Origin: Trichodelitschia bisporula
Taxonomy: Eukaryota
NCBI GenBank assembly: GCA_010356995.1
Contig: ML996690.1
Coordinates: 1,210,217-1,274,216 of the forward strand
Length of the DNA: 64,000 nucleotides
Reading direction: 5' to 3'
Part shown: in pieces, positions 11,831 through 24,327 of the stretch
How the letters are laid out: every line of letters begins with the position of its first letter
How positions within the stretch are numbered: the first letter of the stretch is position 1
Translations under genes and position numbers: made by a program
Notes under the pieces: model-generated
Databases searched by the model: none
The model's input: the letters and a program-made list of their open reading frames with translations, nothing else
Told to the model about the DNA's origin: nothing

Positions 11831-12788
11831 ATGTCGACCATTCCCCTGAACCTCCTCAAAAGCTCGAATCCGTGAGTACTCTACATGCTATAGAAGTCAG
11901 GCCAGAGCCCTCGCGCTGATGGACCCAGTCCCATCATCCCCCTCCCCTTCGACGCGAACCAGCCACCAACCATCCGCCTCTACCCCTTCAGCAGAAACGA
12001 GATCAGCACCAAAGCGCAACAACCAGAAGAAGATGCATCCGTCGAAGAGCGCCTCTTACGTCTAAAGAACCACTACGAACAGCATGGCATGCGCCGCTTC
12101 TGCGAAGGCGTCATGCTCTGCCACGAACACAACCACCCGCACGTCATGCTGCTGCAGATCGCGAATTCGTTTCACAAGCTGTACGGCCACAAAATTCCCT
12201 GACGAAGAGCGTTGCTGATGAGTGACAGACCCGGAGGCTGGCTGCGACACGACGAGCCCGAGATCGAAGGCTTCCAGCGCGTGCTAGATGAGCTGTTCGA
12301 GCCGGAGGGCACGCAGACCAGCACCAAGAAGTGGGAAATCGGCGACACGCTCGGCCAATGGTGGCGGCCTAACTTCGAGACGTCCCTGTACCCATATCTG
12401 CCGGTGCACGTCACGCGACCCAAGGAGTGCAAGAAGATGTACATCATCCCACTGCCGCAGCAAAGTACGACTCCCAACCTTGTCCCGAGCCATTACTGAT
12501 ATCCGAGCAGAAGTCATTGCCGTGCCTAAGAACCTCAAGTTCCTAGCGATCCCTTTTTACGAGCTCTACGAGAACGCACAAGCCTACGGGCCGCAATTGG
12601 CTGCGCTGCCGCACTATCTTGCGCGGTACAACTTCGAATATGTGGATGAGCATGGCAATGTCGTTGCCATGACGCCGGCGGGCATGCCCTCGTCGTCGCC
12701 CCCTGAGCGGAACAACCAGGATCAGAATATGGCTGATGCTGGGCAAGGCCAAGATGATCAAGGTACCAACGGAGCTAACCAGGCGTAG
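11831..12788 (+). CDS. NUDT21: Cleavage factor Im 25 kDa subunit (CPSF5/NUDT21, Nudix fold; 3 introns)
   Basis: GMRRFCEGVMLCHEHNHPHVMLLQI, LPGG, QWWRPNFETSLYPYLP.HVTRPKECKK, VPKNLKFLAIPFYELYEN..YGPQLAALPHYL. Confidence 0.95.
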
Positions 12789-13447
12789 GAATCGGGATGA
12801 TAATTTTTACGGGGTGTTGCGTCTGCCGCGCGGGTCCACTCGTGGGCGAGCTAGGAAATGAGCTTCATGGAGAGAGAAACGGAGAGAGAAATGGAAGAAC
12901 TGGAGAATGATGAGGGAGATGCCCGGACGTTGGGGCTATCAGGTCTGGGCTTCTCTCTGAGTTCCGCCTAACATAGGTGCATATTCATACCGGGGGAGTA
13001 GGTTTGTGGGAGGAGGAAGAGGCTTCGGATTGAATAAGGAATCAATCGTTCCACTGTCCGTGCAATTGGCGTTAAAAACGTGATATGAAAGCATCCATGC
13101 AGACCAGAAACTGCATTCTGTAGTCCGCTAGTTCTACGGAGGTAGCCTAAGTGCTATAAGCAAATATTCGGGCGCAACTATCAACGCGTCTCTATGCAGC
13201 CGTGGCAGCTCCGCCGCATAACGTGCCAACCGCCCGCAAAACCATGGCGCCTACCCCGCGCTTCAACCCCGCTTAGCCCGCTTCAAGCTCGCGCATGCTG
13301 ATCGTCACAAGTATCCAAGCTCGGCATCCTCGGATATTCAAAGGCTCATATTCGATACCATCCCCACCATGGCAGTAAGCACCGTCGCCGTCCCACTCCC
13401 CCCTCCTCGTCCCCGATCTCCCTCAAACCACCTCCCTCACATCCATC

Positions 13448-15352
13448 ATGCCCCACGAAATCCCCGTCGTAATCGGCGTCGGCGACTACATCAACCGTTC
13501 CCTAAAAACCGAAGACGCAATCGAGCCCCTCGAGCTCATCCTCCGCGCCATCCGCAATGCCATTGCAGACACAAGCTTATCCCCAGCAATGGCGGAAGAG
13601 CTACAGGACCGAATCGACAGCATCGACGTCGTGGCCTCGTGGACATGGCCCTACGACGATCTGCCCGGCCTGGTAGCTGCTGCACTCGGCACGAAGCTGC
13701 AGCACAAGGCGTACAGCGCGCATGGGGGGAATCAGCCTGTGAAAATGTTCGATTGTGCGGCGAGGCGGATCGCGCTGGGCGAGAGTAGGGTTGCGGTTGT
13801 GACGGGGGGGGAGGCTTTGGCTTCGTGTATGTGAGTAATGACGAGTGTGTGAGGATGGGGCTGAGATGGGGTTGGCAGTGGTTGCATGCGCTGCGGCGAA
13901 GAAACTCCCGCCGCCGGGATGGACGAAGCCCGCGAAGAGGGTTGAGAGTGTCTTCTCGCCGACTACCCGTGACTTGGGGGATAGTATGCTTGCGGTTACC
14001 CGTTGTAAGGCGCTTGCTGATGCTGGGTAGATCTTGGGGCTGTACATTCCATTGGTGCTCCTATCCATCTTTACCCGCTGTATGAGAATGGATTCCGCGC
14101 GTCCAGGAAGCAGTCAATCGAGGAGAACAATGCCGAATCCGCCCAACTGTACGCCGAGTTTGCCAAAGTGGCGGAGAAGAACCCTATGGCGTGGAACTAT
14201 GGAAGGCCCGCGGTCACGGCCGATGAGATTGGCACTGTGTCCAAAAAGAACCGAATGATTTGCTTTCCCTGTATGCGGTTTGCGTTCTGGCTAAGAAGAA
14301 ACGCTAACGTCTGTGCAGACCCTCTCCTGATGAACGCCTTCAACAACGTTAACATAGCCGGAGCCTGCCTGTTGACGAGCGAGACCTTCGCGAAGGAGCT
14401 CGGCGTGCCAAAAGCCCGCTGGATATATCCTCTCGGGGGTGCCGGTACCCAAGATAGTGGCAACTGTGAGTTAAAACAGGTATCAACAAGTGTCCTCGAC
14501 TAACTAATCTGTGTTCAAGTCTGGGAGCGGCCCAATTACCACTCCAGCCCGTGTATATCCCGTTCGCTCGACGCCGGATTACAAGTCTCAGGCCTGAGCA
14601 AGGATCAGATCGACCTGTTCGACTTCTACTCGTATGTGCCCTGCCGACATCCATCGTGGACGAGACTAACGATTGTAGTTGCTTCCCCATTGTCCCAAAA
14701 CTCGCCTGTGACCACCTCGGCCTCCCCATGACCAAGCCCCTCAAGCCAATTACCCTCCTCGGGGGCCTCACTTCCTTCGGGGGTGCAGGGAACAACTACT
14801 CCATGCACGTAAGACACTCCCCGATTCATGCTTCACTCCCTCACGCGATGCAGGCACTCATAGAAATGGTACGCGAGCTCCGACAAAGCGAAGGCAAGAA
14901 CGGCCTCGTCCTCGCCAACGGCGGCTGGGTGACATACCAGCACGTTGTGTGTCTGTCGTCTGCTCCGCGCCGAGACGGGTCGGCGTATCCGGTGGAAGAC
15001 GTCTTGCCGGAGCTGATTACTGATGTTCCGGTGCCGGAGGTGGAGGTGAGCCCTGAGGGCGAGGCGGTGGTTGAGGTAAACTCGTCCCCTTGAATCGAGG
15101 CGCGGGTGGTTGCTAACTGAGCAGACGTATACTGTCGAGTTTGGCCGCGACGGGAAGCCGGAGCGGGGACATGTGGTGGGCCGGTTGAAGAGCAATGGGA
15201 AGCGGTTTTTGGCAAACCATGCTGATGGGGAGACGCTGGCGCAGCTGGCGAGTGGGACTAGGGAGCCCATCGGAAGGTCTGGCTGGGTGAAGGGCGACAG
15301 CAAGGTCAAGGGGAGGAACCTCTTTACGGTCGGAAGTGGCCAGAAACTGTGA
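13448..15352 (+). CDS. Thiolase-like (acetyl-CoA acetyltransferase-like, TLP1-type) protein, multi-intron
   Basis: PVVIGVGD, HGGNQP, VVTGGEALAS, NRMICFPY-PLLMNAFNNVN, IDLFDFYSCFP, TLLGGLTSFGGAGNNYSMH, GLVLANGG, and C-terminal TYTVEF..GRL...RFLAN. Confidence 0.88.
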
Positions 15353-15461
15353 TACGCAGGAAGCCATGGCCAAGTTAGTGGCATTATATGCGAACGAACC
15401 CAATGTACAGCAACCGAACATGAAAAATCCGAGGTGTATCCGTCTTACAACCCGCGCCATC

Positions 15462-16341
15462 CTACAGCTTCGCCTTCTCCCTCCTCTCCCGTTCCTCCCA
15501 CTCCCCAACCAACCGCTTATTCCTAACCAACGCCCACCCCGCCGCCGCCACCCCGACGGGGGGCACAAGCAAACACAACCACGTCCACCAAAGCGGACTC
15601 CGGGCATACACCTCGCGCATAACCCTCTCCACCTCCCCCCTCAACGCCTCCCTGTCCCCATCATTCCACACCACAACCCCGCTCTCACCCCTCGCCAGCG
15701 CCCGCCTCGCCTTATCCCTCACATCCCCCTGACTCAACACCCTATTCCTTGCATCCTCCTCACTGAGATGCGGATCGCGCTCGCGCAGCCGCTGCATTTG
15801 GACTGCGGGATCGGAAACCGCGACCACGGCCACGGTTCCCACGTAGCGCTCCCAGCCGGACTCGAACAGGAGTGGGATGTCGAGGACAACGGCGCGGTGC
15901 CCGGTGACGAAGTAATAGAACTACACCCATTACATTAGCCAAACCCAACCCAACGCAGGGCCACCCTACCATAAGTTTCCACATCTCCCTCCTGACTGCC
16001 GGATGCACAATCCCATTCAACACCTTCCTATCCCTCCCCCTCTCCTCCCCCTCCCCAAACACGCGCCGTCCCAGCGCAGGTCTATTCAACGGTCTCCCTC
16101 TCCCATCCTTCCCATCTTCCCTTCCTCCACACGCCGGATCACTAGCCGGGAGAAGCAGGTCCGGCGTGCTCGGTCCAAAGTACTTGACTATCGCATTGTA
16201 GCCACTCGTGCCGGGCTCGACGACCTGGCGCGCGATGACGTCGGCGTCGATGATGGGAAGGGAGTACGGCGGGGCGCGGAGGAGGTTGCTAACTGTGGAT
16301 TTGCCCGTGGCGATGGAGCCGGTTAGGCCGAGGAGGAGCAT
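15462..16341 (-). CDS. CAB5: Dephospho-CoA kinase (CoaE family; 1 intron)
   Basis: MLLLGLTGSIATGKSTVS P-loop, IDADVIARQVVEPG, LNGIVHPAV, VLDIPLLFE, C-terminal hydrophobic helix. Confidence 0.95.
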
Positions 16342-16704
16342 TGTTGCGGATTTCAGGGATGGATTTGGGGGTGGGGGGTTACATTGTTGTGCTTTGGGTG
16401 GTGAGCGGGTCTTTATGATGGGGTGGGGTGACTTGCGCAAGGGTTGCGGGGCGGGATGGGGTGGGGCTGCCGAGGGTGTACCCGTTGTGGCTGGGGTTAG
16501 CCGGGGGTGACGGCGACACCGTTGTTTACCCGTTGCTCGGCGGTTGATGCTGCCGACGTTAAGGCCGACATCATGATCAGACAAGTCCCACGCATCTCGC
16601 ATCACGGTGAGTAGCGCTTCCTCAGCGACGTCATTCCAGATTCAAAAAAGCCCAAGATCTCTAACAGAACTTATAGACGCCTAAATGACCCGCGGGCCAT
16701 CCCC

Positions 16705-19700
16705 TCAGCGCAACCCAGCCAAGCTAATATCCATAATCACAGCCTCATAAGCCAACGACATACACGTGATATAAATGCCCCGCTCCACACCATTCATCTG
16801 GTTCGAGGGCGGGAGGCGCCCAATTATTTCGCTCGTGTACCTCTGAACGAAGGCCTGTGAGCTAGACTTCATCTGTGTAAAGGCAGAGCGTATCCACATG
16901 TCCCACGACGCGACCAGCTGGATCGGTCTCATAGGAAAGCGATTATTCCACTCGGTCTCGATGAGCTGCAGCTGGTCGCGGACTCTATTGCAAATGTCCA
17001 TGGCCTTGGGTCGGACGCTCGGATGCGTGTAATACGAGTATACCACCAGTACCTCAACGACAGTCAGTACTTGTCGGAATGGTCTAGGGTCGACTTACGT
17101 CTCGCATTGCCGATAGTGCATCCTGCCACTCATGCTTATCGAGATATCCCTTCATGACGTTCTCAGCGGTTGGAGCAACGTTTCCTCGCCACATCTACAC
17201 CCATCAGTATGCTGTCTGAGCAGGAGTAAAAGACATACGCGGCTCTTGAGTTCGTTCAGCCCCTGCCGGAGGAAAACTAGGTTCACGCGATTTGTTGAAC
17301 TCCCCAGAGCGTCATACAGGCGGTCCGAAGGCTGGCGGAGGTACTGTGTGCGACTTCCGGGGGAGGACGGTGCCGGCGGGGTGGTTATAGGTAACCAATT
17401 TTTGGTACCGAGAGCCTGATCCACGAAGCTACAGTCTAGTTTGTTCAATGGCAGTGGGCTTCCCATTGCATCTTTGCCTTGCGAGATATCGTTGAAGAAC
17501 CGCACGATGGTGTTCAGCTCGATGATATGCTCGACTGTGGGCATTAGTCACATTCTGACATGGAACAACGGTGCGTAGACCCACCCCCAAAGCCCTTTCC
17601 GTCCTTCGTTTCCGTTTTCTTGATATTTACGTTTTCACAGTCGAGGATCTGCTCGAAGTCGAAGGCACTTTTGAATAGCTCTGGCTCCCGAATCTTTAAG
17701 TTGGTGTCTGCGGCCTGTGGATATGGGCGGGACTTGATAACCTTTTGTACGCTGCCGCATATGAAGGTAAACGGGCGCGGAGACCCAACAAGCGGACTGG
17801 AGATATCCCTTGGTGAAAGGCTCCTAGACCGTCCATCAGTAAGAGAATAATCACCACTCAGAGTTTCCTACCGAGTATCATTGGCCGCAGACCATAGCCT
17901 GCGTTCGGCCACTCCATCCGGATCGAATGGCTCCCCCGACGGCGGATCATAGGGACAGCCCTCTCTGTCACAAAGGTCCCGATCGCAATCCAGCGGGTAA
18001 TGCTGTTTCCGACGCTCCTCATTATTGCGCGCGTCTCTCTGTCCTTGTTCGATCCATTTAACCAGATTGTTCGTCAGGTACATATTGCAGATGAGCTGGT
18101 TAGCCGCCTGGTTTGCATTGCGCACAGCAACCTGCCAATCGGGAAGCACGGGGCGAATATGCTCGATCTGAAGATTTGGGTACTGGTCCCGGACGATCAT
18201 GTCCCATCTCTCCGCCTGCCGCGCCTGTTGCGCGTTGAATGGTCCCGCGACTCTAAGCTGCATGATGAGTTGTCCCAGCCAACTCACAAGGAATCGAACA
18301 TGGTGATAATTCGGTCTCGGGGGTTGAAGCAAGGAAGAATATGCGTTCGGCTGGAGCAATCCCGCGGAGCCCTCCAGGCTGCGCCGAACCCTTGGGATGG
18401 GCCCAACTCCCGGTAGTCCTCCAAAAAGGTCGTCCGTCGGCATCGAGCCGAAATTCGAACCCGGGCCTTGGAAAGGGTTGCTCACGAAGGGGCTCGGGCA
18501 GATTGGATTCTTCATGAACTCTCTCAAGGACTCCTCGAGCTCTCCTAAGGTCTTGTCCTCGACCAGCACCAAGTTCTTGACGCTCACTTTGCAGCAGTTA
18601 GCCTTTGCGCCTTTGTCGCAAATGGACACGCTCATGCGAATCCGATCTCCCGGACACCCCGGTTTACAGGCGCCCTTCTTTTTCGGATTGGGGCCAATGT
18701 CCCGGAACCATTCGCAGCTCTCCACTCTCGTACCCTCCGCCTTGGTGTCGCAGCACAGGGGAGGCGGGCGGTTTTGAAAGTCATCGAAAACCATATGGCA
18801 ATTATCCGTTTCCTTCAGGAGCGAGTATCCAAACTGGTGATCCTGGGGCGCTTTGCACTTGGGGTCTTTTTCGCAATGAGACACTGACCCGAGTCCACAG
18901 GTGCCGTAAACAGCAACAGCTCTGTTCCCTGAGCAGCAGGCCGACTGGTAAGAGTCTCCTTTACAGTACTCGGCGTTTCTCCCAACTTCGAACATATCTT
19001 TTGGACACCCGGGTTTGCACTTTCCTTAAGGGCTTGTTAGCAAGTGCCTTGCAAGATTGTTTGGAAGAGAAAGACACACCGTTGCGATGTTCATACCTGC
19101 ATAACGTCAGCAGAGTCCAACAGAGAACTTAGGGGGAAGCTCACCATCCACACGTCGGCATCTCCTGACTTTCGGGACAGCAGAAGCTGGCGGGACTTAT
19201 CCCCTCGCAGCCAGTCCCATCAAGCATCCATTCCGGCCCCTTTTTATTGCGCGCGCCTTTGTCTTTGCGCTCCATAAGTCTGAATCCCGAAGGACACCCT
19301 AAGAGGTGAAATGGTTAATGGGACACCGAAAGCTTCCAACTGGAAAAGGGGCTCTCACCTTCTCCGCAGTTCGTCCACCGGCATTGCGGCATATCAACCA
19401 GCTGCCTATACTTGCTCGGATCTTTGTCCTTCAATGCCTCCGTCGACGATCTCCCCGCCGCCCGCCCAACGGCCCTGGAAAACCGACCATCTTCCATATC
19501 GTGCGTGATCGCCCACACCATGAGGCCGCCGAGACACTGGCCGCGCGCAAACTCGGCTTTCATCTCTATCGTCTGCTGATCATCGTACGCAACCCACTGG
19601 TCGTCCCAGGATATAACCTTAACCGCCTCATCGCGGTACAGCTGCGGTTTCAGATTCTTGCTCTTAACCGTGTCCATAATCTCGGATATAGTGAGGATGC

Positions 19701-20977
19701 CGGCTTCACGACTGCACCGACCTGGGTTTCCGGCGGCTTTGAATTTGCACCCGGGCGTTAGGCAGCTGGAAGACGTAGCGGTGAAAGCCCGGCCGTAGAA
19801 GCCGAGGCCGAGGACGACTTGGTCTGGCTTGATGTCGTTTCTCCACAGGAGGTCTAGAGCGGTTTGGATCTCGGTCAGATTCGAATGGGCATTGAGCCAA
19901 GGGCCTGTCCACTTGTTGTCGCGGTCCCAGAGGCCGTGCATGTCGTAGCTCATAAGGTTGAAGAACTCAACGTTTGGCTGGAGCTTCTTGATGTCGAAGT
20001 GCTGCAGGTACCAGTACGAGGCCGGCAAGCTGCGTTTCTTAGCTGCTGTCTCTGTGTACTGGAGGATACTTACGTGATACTCAGGCCGGACCTTCCTGCT
20101 GTTTTCAGGGTATCCATGAGGTTTGATATGAACTTGGTGAAGTTGTCGAAGTCCTCCGGACGCCCTCCGCGGTCGTCGGCTGCCGGATACTCCCAATCGT
20201 AATCAACGCCTGTCCTCGGTTAGTCCGGTCTCGCCAGTACGAATCCGCTCCCCACGCTAACTCACCATCAAAATTGAACGCAGACAGAAACGCAACCAAC
20301 GACTTAAAAAAAGTACGCTGATTAACATAACTCCCCGCAATATCAGAGAATGTCGACCTCGTCGGCCCCGGATCATTAAACGCCCACCCGCCCAACGCCA
20401 GATAAACCTTCAAATCCGGATCAAACTCCTTCAACTGCGCAATCCGCTTATACAAATCCACATCCTCTGTATTCGCCGGGCGCACCTGAAAACTCCCCGG
20501 CTCAATCGTCGCAAACGCAATATTGATATGCGTGTACACGCCGCGCGGAATACTCTCCGGCATGAACTTATCACACGGCCGCCGCGGTCCCCACGTCTCA
20601 TAATAGCCGACCACGCGCGCCATTGACCCACTCGATTTCGCATCGCAGCTCGGGCGCTGGATCTTCACATCGCCGCAGAACTCGGAAGTCGTGCCGCAGA
20701 AGCCGAATTTGGAGCAGCACACATTCAGTGGGCAGGAGTCTTTCTCCGAGTATCCGAGCGGCCAGGTGTCGGCCCTGCATTCGGACTTGACTTCGCAGTT
20801 TGCGACGCAGACTTCTGTGGCGCAGAAGTCGGGCCCGTAGCCGCAGTAGCCGAATTTACTGCAGCAGCCTTTGGGGCAGGGGTTAGATTTGGAGCAGTCC
20901 TGGCTGGCGGCGAGGGTGAAGAAGGTGAAATATACGAGGGACAAGAGGCAGCTGCCCGGGGGTGAGGCGAACCGCAT
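16705..20977 (-). CDS. Subgroup C (killer-toxin-alpha-like) GH18 chitinase: signal peptide, 2 hevein/CBM18 modules, GH18 domain, Cys-rich linker and unknown C-terminal domain (about 9 introns, roughly 1,250 aa)
   Basis: CCSKFGYCG and CPLNVCCSKFGFCG; RVVGYYE; LGGWAFNDPG; catalytic FDG|VDYDWEYP across intron 20210-20265; MSYDMHG. Downstream exons splice in frame through canonical introns to the stop at 16705. Confidence 0.92.
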
Positions 20978-21620
20978 GGCTACGCTGATCGACCCGGCAA
21001 GGCTCGGAATGGCGGGTTCGAAGGTTTCTCAGCAGCGAACTCTCCCAGTTCCAAAATGCCGCCAGACGAGGCTGAGGGGGTTATTTGGACCATGGCTGCT
21101 TGTGCAGTTCAGAACTGCAAAGTGAAAAACTAAGCGATGTTCCCAATAGGTTCATTCATTGCGCATCTACGCAGCCTCGAGGGTGGGAATCCTTCGCGAT
21201 CCTGCAAATATCGAGCCGCATTGTAGGATGCTGCAGCAAGTACCCGTCAATCTATATCCTTGGTTGTTAATACTTCTCGAAGACTGACCTGCAGATCAGG
21301 TACAATCTCGCCCCTCGAGATCCTTTTGTCCAAAATCCTGCAATTGAAAGTCTAGATGTATTCCACTTATTATGAGTCCCTGAGTGGTGCAGTAGACCAA
21401 ATGCACTTGCCGAAAGGAAGCGGGGTCGGCATTTGAGGCCGAGGCACAGGTTGAATCAAAGTTTAGGACCCGAAGGATCGTAATTGGTTAGCTTCCATCC
21501 CTGCAAGGCTGAAGCACAATATGAGCGTTCGGAGAGCCTAGCCGGACGACTGTTCCCGCGCTTTTGAGCCTTCTCTCGCTCATTTCTTCCAGGTCCTCAA
21601 TTCCGCCTCTCATCAGCACG

Positions 21621-22804
21621 ATGATGGGTCACTGGAGCCTCGCTTTGTCCCTCTGGATTGTAGCTGTAGCTGCCAGCTCTGTACGCCGGAGCGTCAACAA
21701 TGGTACCGCACTCTGGAACAGCACCACACTCACCAACAGCACCGTCAACGGCAGCCTCACCGGCGAAGCCCGCTACCGCTTTGCCTACGACAACGCGGCA
21801 CCCAGATTCCAGGCCTTCTTCCCCGAAGATCTCGCGGACTCGCGCCTCTCAACCAACTGCCGGGCCGCCTTGACCATGAACCTCCCCTGCCATGCCCGCG
21901 TCGGTAAATTCGCGATCCTCCAGTACCGCGACACGCTCCCCAGCACCCAGCTAACTACCGCCATCTGCGCCGCGGAATGCAGCAGCGCCCTGGGACAGTG
22001 GTTCCATTCTGTGGAAGACGCTTGCAAGGGCGAGACGTGGGCCGGTGAGCCGCCGACGCTGATTCCTGGGCGCATGTGGCAGGGTTGGAATGAGAGTTGT
22101 ATTTTTGAGCCGAGGACGGGGAAGAATTGCAATGATGTCATTGACGGGTACTCGGACTATGAGAACGTTGAGGCGATGGACAAGGTGAGCTGCTCCATCC
22201 CGGGAAGGCCGGGCTAATGCGGTTGTAGGAACACCTCTGCTCGTACTGCTGGGTGCGCCGGCACGAAGCCATGCGCTCGCCCTACGGGATGTACGACGCG
22301 TACTACGCGCACGTCATGGAGGTGATCAACGCGAAATGCGGACTGTCCAAACCGACCTCCATCCCTTCCCCACTCATCGCCACCCCAGCGCCCAAATCCG
22401 CCTTCTGCGCCACGGCCACGTTTTACACCACCGTAGCGGGCGACTCATGCAGCTCGATTGGCCTGGCGAAGAACGTATCCTCCAGTGAGTTGAAGATGGC
22501 AAATCCGGACATCCTTCGGGAGTGCGAGGGCATTCCCGCAGGGAAGAGACTTTGCTTGCCGTATCCTTGCAAAGTGGTTAGTGTGGGCCCGAGTGATTCG
22601 TGCATGGGGATTGAGCTGAAGAATGATTTTCTCTATGGGACGCTGGTTAAGAATAATCCGTGGCTGGACTGGGGGTGCACCAATTTGCAGAGCGGAGTCA
22701 AGAACATGGGGAATGTCCTTTGCGTCACGCCGGCTGCGGGAACTGTCAATTTGACGGTCCCGGGCTTGGTGCTGCAGCCTGGGTCTGGCGGGCGGGGTGG
22801 TTAG
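21621..22804 (+). CDS. Secreted Cys-rich LysM (CBM50) protein, 2 LysM modules, divergent from the chitinase (1 intron)
   Basis: Signal peptide; Cys-rich N-region (LSTNCRAAL..C..ICAAEC..GWNESC..CSYC); YTTVAGDSCSSIG..ELKMANP..LCLP; DSC..NNPWL..CTNL..LCV. Confidence 0.9.
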
Positions 22805-23135
22805 GTGTACTGTAGAATCAGCTGGTTCTCTCATAATGGAGGTATGGGCTTGACATGTGCAAAAGGCTACAGTTTGAAGTGAAGAGCTTAATGAAAGAGA
22901 ACAGAAGAAGGTAGTTAAGAGGCCCTCGAGACAAAGTACACGATGTGGCAAAAGTCCTCCAATGTTCCTTTCTCCCTTCGTGAGTACATTACATCATATT
23001 CCTTCCTGCACAGCAACGCTCTTTCCTAGTCTACATTATCTCCAGCCTACGAGCTTCAAGAATCCATTGCTTCTGAACTCTTATGGCGCATTGAACACCC
23101 GCAAAACATCTAAAGAAACCTCCTTCAACCCCACC

Positions 23136-24005
23136 TCACGCCTCAACACAAACATAATACCCCGCCGGCAAATTCCCACAATCAGTATGCACCCCCGGAT
23201 TCAGCCTATAAAACGTCTCCAGCGGAAGATTGTACTGCTGCCCAATCTGCCAACAACTGTTCCCCGGACTCACAAAATAATACCCCTTGCAATCCGCCGC
23301 CGTCCCTGGGAGCTGCGGCTGCGGGCCCTTCGGCGCCGGAACGCTGCTGACGCCGATGCATACCGGCCAGCCGGGCTGGATGCTGCATGCTGAGCCCAGA
23401 TTCCTGTATCGTCAGATTTGATTCTCCGGGCGGAGGGGGGCCGACTCACGGATTCCACTCCTGAAACGTGGTGAGCTGCGTCTGCGCCTGGTCCCGCGCA
23501 ATCAGCCAGCAATTATCCCCGGGCTTGACGGTGTAGAATTTGTTGCCTTGGAACGTCAGTCGCTGAGTCTCAGCTAGAGTGGGGACATACAGCTCGCAAC
23601 GGGCTTCGGCACCTGCTGCTTCGGCACCGGCGTCGCGCGCGGCGGCGTCACACTAGTAGGCTGGGGGGCCGTCGGACTCGGCGGCGCAGACGGCTTGGGT
23701 GACGGCGTTGGCGAGCCCTTCAAAGCCTCGACGCAGTAGGTTTTACCGGCTACGAAGGCGGAGCAGTCGGATTTGACTTCCGGGTTCTTCCCTTGTTAGC
23801 ATTGGGGGTGAGAGATTTAGGGGGGGAGTACCAGAAATGCGAATTGCCCGGTCGTCAGGCCCCAGTTGCTGGTGAAGAAGTCGCAGGTATCGCCGGGCTC
23901 GGAGGGGGCAGTTTTGCAGTAAGTTGGGCGCTGCCGGCGCTCGATGCTGGCGGCACCGGTGGAGACGGAGAGCAGGAGGGCGAGGGAGAGGCTGAGGAGA
24001 TACAT
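23136..24005 (-). CDS. Secreted 3xLysM effector-type protein (3 introns)
   Basis: Signal peptide MYLLSLSLALLLS; GDTCD..F.FL|NPEVKSDC..YCV; CNKFYTVKPGDNC..FQEWNP; CKGYYFVSPGNSC..FYRLNPGVHTDCGNL..YYVCVEA-stop. Confidence 0.9.
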
Positions 24006-24327
24006 GTTTGTGGTTGAAGGGGAGGGATCGTCGAGCTGCGGATAGGCTCGGGAGGAAGGAAGGTTTCTATAAGAACTGCCATGCTGTACAGAGATGTCAC
24101 TCCCATCACGGTAGGCCCAGGATAGTTTGTGTAGGGAAGGCTTCCTTTCTTAATATCGAGGAAGGATTCATTTGGGCCAATATATACAAAAGGATCGTAG
24201 CGGGTCGGACCCCAGGGGAGACCTTTCATGGCCTGCCCGCAGGCCGTAATTAAGAAGGCCTCCACCGGTGAGGCTGAATATCGAAATAGAAGATGGGGTT
24301 CCAGAACGGAGTGCACTAGCCGGCCGC

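Noticed and set aside
12895..12965. Possible C/D box snoRNA (ATGATGA..CTGA with gaac/gttc ends)
   Set aside because: Only about 55 nt, lies in a GA-rich 3' UTR, and no rRNA guide was recognised.
13369..13447. Upstream ATG with GTAAGC as a first exon of the thiolase-like gene
   Set aside because: No branch point or acceptor AG before 13448; at most an upstream ORF.
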